This document shows, in pieces, positions 47,925 to 57,247 of a DNA stretch of 64,000 nt. The stretch comes from Candidatus Omnitrophota bacterium (GTDB lineage: Bacteria > Omnitrophota > Gorgyraeia > Duberdicusellales > 4484-171): the NCBI GenBank assembly GCA_043823745.1, contig JBDRAN010000002.1, positions 6,296 to 70,295 on the forward strand, given 5' to 3'. Position 1 is the stretch's first letter; every line of letters starts with the position of its first letter. The notes below the pieces were generated by a model. It saw nothing but the letters and a program-made list of their open reading frames with translations, did no database searches and was not told the origin of the DNA. A program made the translations under genes and the position numbers.

Positions 47925-48500
47925 ATGGACGAAGGAAAATTATTTGTAAATCTTCACAATATTCTTAAAGGATATAAAAACAAATGTAGATTTTTAACCG
48001 AGCTAAAAACTTCATTATTTACTAAAAAAACATCTTATCAGCTTGATTTTGATATTATAATCATTCAGTTGCAAAACAGGGTAGAAGACATTTTTGACCG
48101 TATTCTAAGAACTTATACAAGACCTAAGCAAAAAGAGGAATATTTATATAACGATGAGATAATGAAAGATACTGCAGCAAAATTTACCCCCGAGGAGGTT
48201 AGGAACTTGATTATTTTTAATCTTGGTTTTAGTGAGAAAAAGAATTTGATTTTCAAGCTTTTTAAGGTATCTAAATCGACGAAAACGATAATTGATAAAC
48301 TTAATGAAATGAGAAATGCAATTGCCCATAGATATAGCGAAGACGATAAAAGATTTATTTATAAAGAAAAGAACGTTTTACATGATCCAAACACACTTAT
48401 TAATTTTTTTAGAGACAATTTCGAGGGTATTATTGAGATTCTTGAAATCGAAACTAAGCTACTAGATGCCATAGATAAAGCCGAAGGTGAACTTGGTTGA
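47925..48500 (+). CDS. Hypothetical protein with an HEPN-type Rx4H motif (possible RNase, toxin or Abi)
   Basis: C-terminal MRNAIAHRY fits the HEPN R-x(4-6)-H motif. Predicted all-alpha. AT-rich island. The TTG start at 47895 is also possible. Confidence 0.4.
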   Translation: MDEGKLFVNLHNILKGYKNKCRFLTELKTSLFTKKTSYQLDFDIIIIQLQNRVEDIFDRILRTYTRPKQKEEYLYNDEIMKDTAAKFTPEEVRNLIIFNLGFSEKKNLIFKLFKVSKSTKTIIDKLNEMRNAIAHRYSEDDKRFIYKEKNVLHDPNTLINFFRDNFEGIIEILEIETKLLDAIDKAEGELG

Positions 48501-49042
48501 AATTCAATGTGAGCCTTGAGCAGAGAAGAATGAACAAAAAACAATCAATCATAATATTGGTGTTATTATTTATTCCGATAATTAGTTGTTTTGCCGCCAG
48601 AGACTATCTCATAGACAAAGGACAGAAGCCTGACGAGTCAACTTTCCATGAATACAAGATTGACTTGGATGGCGACAAGAAACCAGAGTTAATCAAAGTT
48701 ATGTATGGCCCTGGTGTATCTGATAAATACCTTGAGATAGAAGTCTATAAGGCAGGCAAACTCATATCTCGTCTCAAGGGCAAGTTCGGTATCCAGTCCA
48801 ACTACAAGATAGAAGATATAGATAAGGACGGCAAAAAAGAAATCATCATCTGGAGCGGCATCTGGGATCCGCGCCTGTCTGGAGAGGATGGCGTGACGGA
48901 AGCAACGTACGAAGGTCACAGCAGTCCGCACAGATATATCGTAGCTACCTATAAACTCATAAGGGACGATTATTACCTTTGGAAGATATACACTACCAAG
49001 AAGAAGTACGAGCCGTTTTGTGAAGAGCAGCCAAAAGAGTAA
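48497..49042 (+). CDS. Hypothetical lipoprotein or secreted protein
   Basis: Signal peptide IIILVLLFIPIISC. 4-nt overlap with the previous gene. No motif recognised. Confidence 0.45.
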   Translation: MKFNVSLEQRRMNKKQSIIILVLLFIPIISCFAARDYLIDKGQKPDESTFHEYKIDLDGDKKPELIKVMYGPGVSDKYLEIEVYKAGKLISRLKGKFGIQSNYKIEDIDKDGKKEIIIWSGIWDPRLSGEDGVTEATYEGHSSPHRYIVATYKLIRDDYYLWKIYTTKKKYEPFCEEQPKE

Positions 49043-49076
49043 GGAAGCAAGAACGTTGAAACAAAAGGAGTGAAAA

Positions 49077-49565
49077 ATGAAAAAACTAATCTTGTTTTTA
49101 GTATTCGCTTTTCTATCCTTGTCCAGCACCGCTTTTGCTGATATTAAGACTGAAGCAGATATGCTCAAGAAAGATTTGATTAGTTTCCATAACAAAATGG
49201 CAGCTTATCAAAGAGAAGAATCCGAGCCTTCCAATACTATGTATAATAAGTTATATACAGATCAAGCGGGCGAACTATTTGTTTTTACGAATATAAGCCG
49301 AGCATATTTAAACTATGCACGTTTTCTGCTCGATGAAATTAAATGGTTAAAACTAGACTCAGATAACGAATTAGTTAGGGGATATTTAAAAAATAGCTTA
49401 TCTAATTTTAATAAAGAAGGGGAATTTTATGTTAAATATTTAGCTTACCATATAGAATTTGCAAAGAATCTAGAAATGACTAAAAAATTACAGATTTTGA
49501 AAGAAGATATAGCCGCGCTTCACACTAAGATTAAAAAATTTAGCGATAATATTTCTACAAAATAA
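49077..49565 (+). CDS. Hypothetical secreted alpha-helical protein
   Basis: Signal peptide MKKLILFLVFAFLSLSSTAFA. SD AAGGAG upstream. Confidence 0.5.
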   Translation: MKKLILFLVFAFLSLSSTAFADIKTEADMLKKDLISFHNKMAAYQREESEPSNTMYNKLYTDQAGELFVFTNISRAYLNYARFLLDEIKWLKLDSDNELVRGYLKNSLSNFNKEGEFYVKYLAYHIEFAKNLEMTKKLQILKEDIAALHTKIKKFSDNISTK

Positions 49566-49593
49566 AGGTAAATATCAAAAACAATCAAAGCAA

Positions 49594-49959
49594 ATGTGGA
49601 AATATTTCGAATGTGAAAGATGTGGTAAGTGTTGTGAAGAAGCTGGATTACCTTGGGACCCAAATCGTAGTCAAAGGATTGCTCAATTTCTTGGTATTTC
49701 TGTTGCTGAATTGGTAGAAAAATATTATGGTAAAATTTGTTCTGACGATAAGCAATGGGAAAGTGAAGAAACAAAAAGAACACCGTGTCCGTTTCTTAAA
49801 TTTAAAAATATGCAAAAAAGTTGTGCTATCTACACGGTAAGACCTGAACCATGCGAGCTCTATCCTTTAGAAACTGATTTTGGAACTTGCGGGGTTGAAT
49901 GTCCTGCTGCCAAGAAATTTTATAAAAGAATTGTGAATAAAGACAAAATTAATAATTAA
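49594..49959 (+). CDS. YkgJ/UPF0153-family putative zinc- or iron-chelating protein (CxxCxxCC)
   Basis: CERCGKCC N-terminal motif plus downstream Cys residues (CPF...C...C...C). 121 aa. Confidence 0.6.
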   Translation: MWKYFECERCGKCCEEAGLPWDPNRSQRIAQFLGISVAELVEKYYGKICSDDKQWESEETKRTPCPFLKFKNMQKSCAIYTVRPEPCELYPLETDFGTCGVECPAAKKFYKRIVNKDKINN

Positions 49960-50114
49960 AATCTTTAGCCGCAAGGCGAGGATTTTTTTTGTTTATGGGT
50001 ATTATAAAAACAAAGTCAGTATTCGGATAGGTTTGAAATGCTCTGGGTAGCTGGTAGAAAGGCAAAAGTTTTAGCATGATGCGAAGGCTAAATGGCGATG
50101 GGTAGGAACGAAGA

Positions 50115-50864
50115 ATGAATAAAAAACAAGCAATAATTATCTTGCTTATTACGTTTCTAGCTATCCCCAAATGGGTGTTTCCAAAGGAGAAGGACCCTAA
50201 ACATTGGACAGAACTATTAAATAATGTTGACAAGATATCTGGGATGGACGCAAGCAAGATTTCTGAGGAGCAATTTTATGAATATGAGCAAGCCTTAATT
50301 ACTGGGTTTAGTGGTTCCGGAGGTAACTTTCTTGGGGAAAAAGAGATAAATTGGTTGACTAAAATGGAAGAATCCTTTAAGAAGCGAGGAATTACGCTAA
50401 AAGATACATGGCATAGACATTATGTTATCGCTGATTCATACTTTAACGATGAGCGATATTCTAAAGCTCTCGAGGAATTTAAGAAGCTTGGGGATCGGCC
50501 AGGTATTGAACTTAGTGAATGGATGGTTAGCAACAAAGGGATAACAGACGGTGTTATTAAAATAATGGAGTATAAGGGTAAGATTCCCCACGATTCATTG
50601 GAAAGCGGAAGCGCTCGAGCGGAAGATAAGCGCTATCTCTTTATCTCATGTTTTAAAGGTCCTGTTTATCGATACAATAAAGTAACAGATATGCATGCCA
50701 TTGTGTATGCTCCCGAATTCAAATACGATTGGTCAGATAATCTTTCATTTGATGGAGAGCTTCTTACCATCACGCTCAGAGACGATGCGGGTATATTTAT
50801 ATTTAATAATGTTTCTAAGGAGATAAAGCAACAATCTAAAAGCAGATCAATAAAAAACAATTAA
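50115..50864 (+). CDS. Hypothetical secreted protein
   Basis: Signal peptide. 249 aa. No motif recognised. Confidence 0.45.
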   Translation: MNKKQAIIILLITFLAIPKWVFPKEKDPKHWTELLNNVDKISGMDASKISEEQFYEYEQALITGFSGSGGNFLGEKEINWLTKMEESFKKRGITLKDTWHRHYVIADSYFNDERYSKALEEFKKLGDRPGIELSEWMVSNKGITDGVIKIMEYKGKIPHDSLESGSARAEDKRYLFISCFKGPVYRYNKVTDMHAIVYAPEFKYDWSDNLSFDGELLTITLRDDAGIFIFNNVSKEIKQQSKSRSIKNN

Positions 50865-51020
50865 CCATGGTAGCTCATGGCTCATGGCTGATAGCTCATA
50901 GTGAAGAGAAAAATACTAAAGATTGTGAGCCGTGAGTTATGCGTTTCTTTCAGGGCTATGAGCAATGAGCTATGAACTATGAGCTAGATTATACTCACTA
51001 CTCAATACTTAAACATTACA

Positions 51021-51872
51021 ATGGATACCATCAAAAAGATAGCGGTTAGTGACATTAAGAGAAGAAAGGGGAGGGGTAAGCTTGCGATGCTTACCTGTTA
51101 CGATTATTCCTTCGCGCGTATTCTTGATGAGGCGGGTATCGAGGTTCTCCTGGTGGGTGATTCTTTAGCTAATGTTGTTTTAGGACTTTCTGAAACACGA
51201 AAGATCTCCATTGTTGAAATGCTTAATCATACTGCAGCAGTAGCAAAGGGAGTAGTCCGCGCTTTGGTTGTTGCGGATATGCCGTACGCGAGCTATCAGC
51301 GCAATCCCGGTCGAAGTGTTTTTTATGCAAAGAAATTTATTGCTGCTGGTGCGGCCGCGGTTAAAGTTGAATGGTTCCAGGGTCCGGGTTCAAAGAGCTG
51401 CGTCGGGGTGGTAAGAGCGCTTATTGCCGCGGGCATTCCGGTGATGGGTCATATCGGCCTTACGCCGCAAACCGCGCACCTTTTAGGCGGGTACAAGGTT
51501 CAAGGTAAAGACTTGAAGTCCGCGCGCGCTATCCTTTCGCAGGCACTTCTTTTGCAAAGACTCGGAGTTTTCAGTATTGTTCTTGAGTGTATACCTTGGC
51601 AACTTTCGCGGCTTATTACCGCGCGCCTTACGGTGCCTACGATTGGTATCGGCGCCGGCTCCTATTGCGATGGTCAGGTGCTCGTTTTGTATGATTTTCT
51701 GGGGCTTTATGGCTCACGACCCACGTTTGCTCGCGTATATGCGCCGCTGGCACGATATATTGAAAGTGCAATTAAACGTTTTAAAAGGGATATCAAAGAG
51801 TTTCATTATCCTTCTTCCCGCGAAAGTTTTGCCGTCAAGGAAGGCCTCTATCGGCGTCTTAAGAAATACTAG
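51021..51872 (+). CDS. panB: 3-methyl-2-oxobutanoate hydroxymethyltransferase
   Basis: KLAMLTCYDYSFARILDEAGIEVLLVGDSL signature. 283 aa. Confidence 0.85.
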   Translation: MDTIKKIAVSDIKRRKGRGKLAMLTCYDYSFARILDEAGIEVLLVGDSLANVVLGLSETRKISIVEMLNHTAAVAKGVVRALVVADMPYASYQRNPGRSVFYAKKFIAAGAAAVKVEWFQGPGSKSCVGVVRALIAAGIPVMGHIGLTPQTAHLLGGYKVQGKDLKSARAILSQALLLQRLGVFSIVLECIPWQLSRLITARLTVPTIGIGAGSYCDGQVLVLYDFLGLYGSRPTFARVYAPLARYIESAIKRFKRDIKEFHYPSSRESFAVKEGLYRRLKKY

Positions 51873-51954
51873 GCGTATTTGCGCGGGTGAATTATTCTTG
51901 ACGTGTTTGGGAGTATTGGTAGAATACTCTTGTTTTTAAAAGAGGAGGTGGTCT

Positions 51955-52617
51955 ATGAAAAAAGTCTGCGTTGTGTTCATGCTTATTTGTATGTTTGGGT
52001 TGATGTCTTCACGCGCCTACGCTTCCTACATTGGGGCTTCTGCCGAAAAAGCTAAACAGGGAATTGTCAACGTCTTTACGGGTTGGCTTGAAGTGCCATA
52101 TCAGGTTTCTAAAGGGTGGAAAAGCGGTTTCGGCGAAGACGAGAATAATAAACTTCTCGGAGGTTTCCTGGGAGTGTTCCGGGGGCTTATCCATGCGACC
52201 GGAAGAACTGCCACCGGTATCTATCAGGTCGCGACGTTCCCTTTGCCCAATCCCAAAAATAACGAAGGTATTGGTATTCCGCTTGATGCAAACCAAGCTT
52301 GGGAAGAGGGAACTCAATATTCTCTGGTCAATAACGGAATTCAGCCTATCGGCAAAAAAGCCTTCAGGGGGTTTATTAATACTTTTTTTGCGATTTTTGA
52401 AGTTCCCGGTCAGGTTGCCAAAGGGTTTGAAGAAGATAGGCCCTTCATTGGGCTTGGCAAGGCAGTAGTATTTCCGATTGGACGATTTTCTTCCGGTGTA
52501 TATGACTTGGTGACTGTGCTTCTTCCTAATAGCGTGGAAGAGTATGGGTATGCCTTGGAGGAGAAACAGCCATGGGATGCGATTGAGGAAGCGAGGCGCC
52601 GTAACGATCAGCAATAG
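51955..52617 (+). CDS. Secreted protein with four internal about 35-aa repeats
   Basis: Signal peptide. Repeats NVFTGWLEVPYQVSKGW, GVFRGLIHATGRTATGIYQVATFPL, NTFFAIFEVPGQVAKGF and KAVVFPIGRFSSGVYDLVTVLLPN. Confidence 0.5.
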   Translation: MKKVCVVFMLICMFGLMSSRAYASYIGASAEKAKQGIVNVFTGWLEVPYQVSKGWKSGFGEDENNKLLGGFLGVFRGLIHATGRTATGIYQVATFPLPNPKNNEGIGIPLDANQAWEEGTQYSLVNNGIQPIGKKAFRGFINTFFAIFEVPGQVAKGFEEDRPFIGLGKAVVFPIGRFSSGVYDLVTVLLPNSVEEYGYALEEKQPWDAIEEARRRNDQQ

Positions 52618-52637
52618 AATATTGAGAATTTTTGTGA

Positions 52638-52672
52638 GCCCCTCGTGACGTAGCGCACGAGGGGCTTTTTTT
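52638..52672 (+). terminator. Rho-independent terminator after the repeat-protein gene
   Basis: GCCCCTCGTG-acgtagcg-CACGAGGGGC, a 10-bp GC-rich stem, followed by TTTTTTT. Confidence 0.7.
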
Positions 52673-52757
52673 ACGAATGGGAGAGAAAATAGGCTCGGGG
52701 TAGCGGTGGGTACGGGTTATTTGTGCCCGATTTTATTGGAAAACAGAATTATTTTTA

Positions 52758-52786
52758 ATTGACGGTTGGGGAATGTTTTGATACTA
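52758..52786 (+). promoter_or_regulatory. Sigma70-like promoter upstream of purB
   Basis: TTGACG, 17 nt spacer, TACTAT, about 55 nt upstream of the purB ATG. Confidence 0.45.
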
Positions 52787-52841
52787 TGTAACTCCTGACT
52801 TTCATTGTATTATTTGTTTAAAATAATAAAAACAAGGTGTT

Positions 52842-54131
52842 ATGGTAGAGCGCTACACTCCTCGAGAAATCGGCGCAATTTGGAATGAAGACAATAAATA
52901 CCAACGGTTTTTAACGATCGAAGCGCTTCTGTGCGAGGCGTTGGAGGAGTCAGGAAAAATACCCTCTGGCGTAGCCGCAAAACTTCTCAAAGTTAAACTC
53001 TCGCTTAGCAAAATCAAGAAGATCGAAGAAACAACCCACCATGATATTGTTGCTTTCATCCAATATATTTCTCCGTATATGGGCGCGAATGCGAAGTATT
53101 TGCACCGAGGCCTGACTTCTTCGGATTTACTGGATACGACACTTGCCTGGCAGATTAAAGACGCGACGGCGATTATTCTTAAAGATCTTGACCTGGTTAT
53201 ACGCGAGGTCAAGCAAAAAGCCTTAAAGTATAAGGATACGTTATGTGTCGCCCGTACGCACGGAGTTCATGCCGAAATTTATAGTTTTGGGTTAAAGTTT
53301 CTCTACCTCTACAGCGATTTGGTCCATGAGCGCGCGTTGCTTGCCGAATCGCTTGCGTATGTCGCGTCAGGAAAGATTTCCGGTGCCGTCGGAACCTTTG
53401 CGCATTTAGATCCAAAGATAGAGGACTATATTTGCAAAAAAATAGGCATTGGGCGCGTGGCTGTGTCAACGCAAATTGTTTCACGGGAGCGTCACGCGTA
53501 TTATCTCTCCCTTCTTTCTCTGGTCGCTTCGAGCCTTGAACGGTTCGCGACCGAGATACGCCACCTGCACCGCACCGAAGTCGATGAGGTAAAAGAGCCG
53601 TTTTATAAAGGTCAGAAAGGCTCAAGCGCCATGCCTCATAAACAAAATCCGGTTATTTGCGAACGTATTTGCGGTCTTGCGCGCGTCGTGCGGGCGAACA
53701 TGATGGTGGCGTTTGAGAATATCAACCTCTGGCATGAGCGCGACATTTCGCATTCATCGGCGGAGCGTGTTGTTATCCCCGATTCGACGATCGCGATAAG
53801 TTACATGCTTAAACAATTTACCGAAGTCATCAAGAATCTTGCGGTTAACCCTAAGAACATGTTGCGCAATATTGAGCTTAACCGCGGCCTTATCTATTCC
53901 CAGAAGATTTTAATCGCGCTGATGGATAAAGGCCTGGCCCGGATGGACGCGTATACTATTGTCCAGGATATTTCTCTGCGGGTTATCAACGAGGGCTCGA
54001 ACTTCAAGACGCAGGCCCTTGCCGATGCGCGCTTAGCAAAGCACGTAACGAAAAAAGAAATAGAAGCTATGTTTGATCCCTATGCGTATTTAGCGAATGT
54101 AAACGCTATATACCGGCGCGCGGGCCTTTGA
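52842..54131 (+). CDS. purB: Adenylosuccinate lyase
   Basis: MVERYTPREIGAIW start and a fumarate-lyase signature region (SSAMPHKQNP). 429 aa. Confidence 0.9.
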   Translation: MVERYTPREIGAIWNEDNKYQRFLTIEALLCEALEESGKIPSGVAAKLLKVKLSLSKIKKIEETTHHDIVAFIQYISPYMGANAKYLHRGLTSSDLLDTTLAWQIKDATAIILKDLDLVIREVKQKALKYKDTLCVARTHGVHAEIYSFGLKFLYLYSDLVHERALLAESLAYVASGKISGAVGTFAHLDPKIEDYICKKIGIGRVAVSTQIVSRERHAYYLSLLSLVASSLERFATEIRHLHRTEVDEVKEPFYKGQKGSSAMPHKQNPVICERICGLARVVRANMMVAFENINLWHERDISHSSAERVVIPDSTIAISYMLKQFTEVIKNLAVNPKNMLRNIELNRGLIYSQKILIALMDKGLARMDAYTIVQDISLRVINEGSNFKTQALADARLAKHVTKKEIEAMFDPYAYLANVNAIYRRAGL

Positions 54132-54189
54132 TCGAATAACGAGTAACGGAAAGCGTACGCCGCCTTATCCAGAGCCTGCCACTATATTC

Positions 54190-57078
54190 ATGATTTGGCG
54201 AATAGATGTTATCAGTAAAAAAGAGGAGTCTTCGGAAGCTCTGGCTGCCGAGGTACGTGATGTGGGCGTCTGCGATCCTTGCCGCGTTATCCGGCGCAAT
54301 ATTTTTTTTATAGAGGCTGATTGCGCGCGCGAGACGATTGCTTCGATCGCCGATAGGCTCTTGATTGATCCGGTCTGTGAAGAGTACCACATTCGCCAGG
54401 GAATTTTTGACGGGCCTCCGGATGCCGACGAGATCATCATTACCCACAATCCGGGAGTGTGCGATCCGGTTGCTATTTCTATGGAGAAGGCAATCAGTGA
54501 TTTGTCCTTACGCATAAAGGCCGCGCGTACAGCTCGGTTGTATAAACTCGACGGCCTCACCCGTCAGAGAATCATTTCAATCGCTCCCAAGATCTTCTTT
54601 AATCCGCTTATTGAGCATATCCTTGATTACGAAAAGGTAAAACATCTCGCAACCCTCGATGAATTTTCGGGAAAAGATTATATTTTTAAGCTGATCACCG
54701 TTCCCTTGCGTTCCGCGGGCCTGGCCGCGCTTACGAAGATTTCTCATGAGGGTTGTTTGTCCTTAAGCCTTGATGAGATGCGGATTATCCAAGGTTATTT
54801 TAGGAAATTAAAACGGGATCCGACGGACTGCGAGCTTGAAACCATCGCGATATTATGGTCTGAGCACTGCGGGCACAAGACATTCCGCGGTATCATTACG
54901 TATGAGGAAAAAGACGGACCGCGCGGCAGGCGAAAGAAAAAAATCATTAATAATTTGTTAAAGTCCACCGTAATGAAGGCGACAAACGAAATCAAGCATC
55001 CATCCTGCGTGTCGGTGTTTCACGATAACTCAGGTGTTGTTCGTTTTGACGGGGATAATAATATTTGTTTTAAAGTAGAAACGCACAATCATCCTTCAAG
55101 CCTTGAGCCCTACGGCGGCGCTTCAACCGGAATCGGAGGTGTTATCCGGGATATCGTAGGCACCGGTTGCGCGGCCAAGCCATTTGCGTCAATCGATGTT
55201 TTTTGTTTTGCGCCCTGGCACGTTAAGCACGAAGACCTCCCGGCAGGGCTCCTGCATCCTAAGCGCATTATACGGGGGGTGATCAGAGGGGTCCGGGATT
55301 ATGGCAATCGTATGGGGATCCCTACGGTTGCCGGCGCGGTCCTTTTTGATGAACGTTTTCTGGGGAACCCCTTGGTTTTTTGCGGCACACTGGGGATCCT
55401 TCCCCGTGATAAGTCATTTAAGAAATCAAAGCCGGGCGATCTGGTGGTTCTATGCGGAGCAAAAACGGGCCGCGACGGCATACATGGCGCTACATTTTCT
55501 TCTAAAGAGCTCGATGAGCAGACGGTAGGCCTGACCAGCGCCGTACAGATCGGCAATGCCATCGAAGAGAAGAAAGTGACCGAGGCGATATTACGCGCGC
55601 GTGATCAGGATCTTTTTAGCTCCATCACCGATTGCGGCGCCGGCGGCATATCGAGCGCGGTAACGGAACTCGCGGCCGAGCATGGTGTTGAAGTGTACCT
55701 TGATCGAGTGCCGCTTAAATATCGAGGGCTTTCATATACCGACATCTGGATTTCTGAATCTCAGGAGCGAATGGTATTTTTTACACAAGCAGAGCATCTT
55801 GAGCAACTAGAAAAGATATTTACCGAAGAGGATGTGGAATTTTGCGTTATCGGAAAAGTTACCGACACGCGAAAGCTCGTTCTTCGCTATGATAGCCATA
55901 CCGTATGCGAGCTGGATATGAATTTTATTTTTCATCTTCCTCGGCTTGCCAAATCCGCGGTTTGGACCAGGCGCGCCGAGCGCGATGTGCGCAGAAAAGA
56001 GCAAAAAAACTACAATGACGAAGTCTGCGCGATGCTTGCCCGCCCCAACGTAGCTTCTAAAGACTGGGTGTTGCGGGAGTATGACCATGAAGTCCAGGCG
56101 GGCTCGGTGCTTAAGTCTATTTACGGGATCGAACGCGTGAGCGTCTCAGACGCGGCAATCGTGCGGCCCGATCTTACCAGTAAGAAAAGCGTTGCGATCG
56201 GCGTGGGTATTAATCCGTTTTATTCCGATATTGACCCCTACCATATGGCGTCGCTGGCTATTGAAGAAGCGCTGCGAAATGTCGTCTGCGTCGGCGCCGA
56301 TTTACGCCGTACGTATATTCTTGATAATTTTAGCTGGGGTTCGCCGCGTGACCCTAAAATTCTTGGAGGCCTGGTGCGCGCCGGGTTTGCCTGTTACGAC
56401 TTCTCGAAATATTTTAAAGTTCCGTTTGTTTCCGGAAAAGATAGCTTATATAACGAGTACGCGGTCGGTAAAAAGCACATTGCGATCCCGGGCACGTTGC
56501 TTATCTCGGCGATGGCGGTGATGGAGGATTACCAAAACGGCGCATCCGGCGTTTTTAAGAAAGCAGGGAATCTCGTGTATGTGATCGGCCTGACGAAGCG
56601 GGAACTCGGAGCCTCGGAATATTTTCGGTATCATGGACTCACCGGTGGCATCGTTCCTAAGATTGATAAGCGTATTTCCCGTGGCATCCTGATGGCAACC
56701 GCGGCCCTGGTGCGTCGAGGCATTGCGGTATCCTGCCATGATGCATCGGAAGGAGGCCTGGCTGTTGCAATGGCAGAGATGTGTATCGGTTCAAGGCTAG
56801 GTGCCCATGTTTTTCTTGGCGAAGTGCCGCATCAACGAGGGCTCCGTGCCGATGAGGTGCTTTTTAGTGAATCTGCTTCTCGGTTTGTCATTGAAGTAGA
56901 GAAACGTAATCAGAAAAAATTTGAGCGCAGTTTCAAGGGTCTTCCGTGGGGCCTGGTTGGGTGCGTCTGTGAGGATGCAACATTTTCGATACGCGGCGCC
57001 GACACGCAAGAACTGGTTTCGCTTACGATCGATCAATTGAAAACTGCCTGGACCGAGACATTTCAGGAATTTAGATAG
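54190..57078 (+). CDS. purL: Phosphoribosylformylglycinamidine synthase subunit PurL with an N-terminal about 230-aa (PurS-like) extension
   Basis: SEHCGHK appears at about residue 240. Two AIRS-like halves. 962 aa, against about 740 for a stand-alone PurL. Confidence 0.8.
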   Translation: MIWRIDVISKKEESSEALAAEVRDVGVCDPCRVIRRNIFFIEADCARETIASIADRLLIDPVCEEYHIRQGIFDGPPDADEIIITHNPGVCDPVAISMEKAISDLSLRIKAARTARLYKLDGLTRQRIISIAPKIFFNPLIEHILDYEKVKHLATLDEFSGKDYIFKLITVPLRSAGLAALTKISHEGCLSLSLDEMRIIQGYFRKLKRDPTDCELETIAILWSEHCGHKTFRGIITYEEKDGPRGRRKKKIINNLLKSTVMKATNEIKHPSCVSVFHDNSGVVRFDGDNNICFKVETHNHPSSLEPYGGASTGIGGVIRDIVGTGCAAKPFASIDVFCFAPWHVKHEDLPAGLLHPKRIIRGVIRGVRDYGNRMGIPTVAGAVLFDERFLGNPLVFCGTLGILPRDKSFKKSKPGDLVVLCGAKTGRDGIHGATFSSKELDEQTVGLTSAVQIGNAIEEKKVTEAILRARDQDLFSSITDCGAGGISSAVTELAAEHGVEVYLDRVPLKYRGLSYTDIWISESQERMVFFTQAEHLEQLEKIFTEEDVEFCVIGKVTDTRKLVLRYDSHTVCELDMNFIFHLPRLAKSAVWTRRAERDVRRKEQKNYNDEVCAMLARPNVASKDWVLREYDHEVQAGSVLKSIYGIERVSVSDAAIVRPDLTSKKSVAIGVGINPFYSDIDPYHMASLAIEEALRNVVCVGADLRRTYILDNFSWGSPRDPKILGGLVRAGFACYDFSKYFKVPFVSGKDSLYNEYAVGKKHIAIPGTLLISAMAVMEDYQNGASGVFKKAGNLVYVIGLTKRELGASEYFRYHGLTGGIVPKIDKRISRGILMATAALVRRGIAVSCHDASEGGLAVAMAEMCIGSRLGAHVFLGEVPHQRGLRADEVLFSESASRFVIEVEKRNQKKFERSFKGLPWGLVGCVCEDATFSIRGADTQELVSLTIDQLKTAWTETFQEFR

Positions 57079-57223
57079 ACGCTAATTTTCGCAAATCCGG
57101 AAGAACGCTAATGTACGCTCATCAAGAAGAGAAGCTCGAATATGAAGGTATTCAATCCATGACAATTATAGTTTTTTCATTAGTGTCATTTGCGTTTTCA
57201 AAATTCGCGGTCATTGGCGTTCT

Positions 57224-57247
57224 AAATTAGCGGTAATTCGCGTTTAT
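57224..57247 (+). promoter_or_regulatory. Second copy of the AAATTAGCGGTAATTCGCGTTTAT motif, ending at the purQ start codon
   Basis: CTAAATTAGCGGTAATTCGCGTTTAT ATG. No SD. Confidence 0.5.

Noticed and set aside
52009-52614. 201-aa minus-strand ORF overlapping the repeat-protein gene
   Set aside because: The + strand ORF has a signal peptide, SD and terminator. The minus ORF is its shadow.
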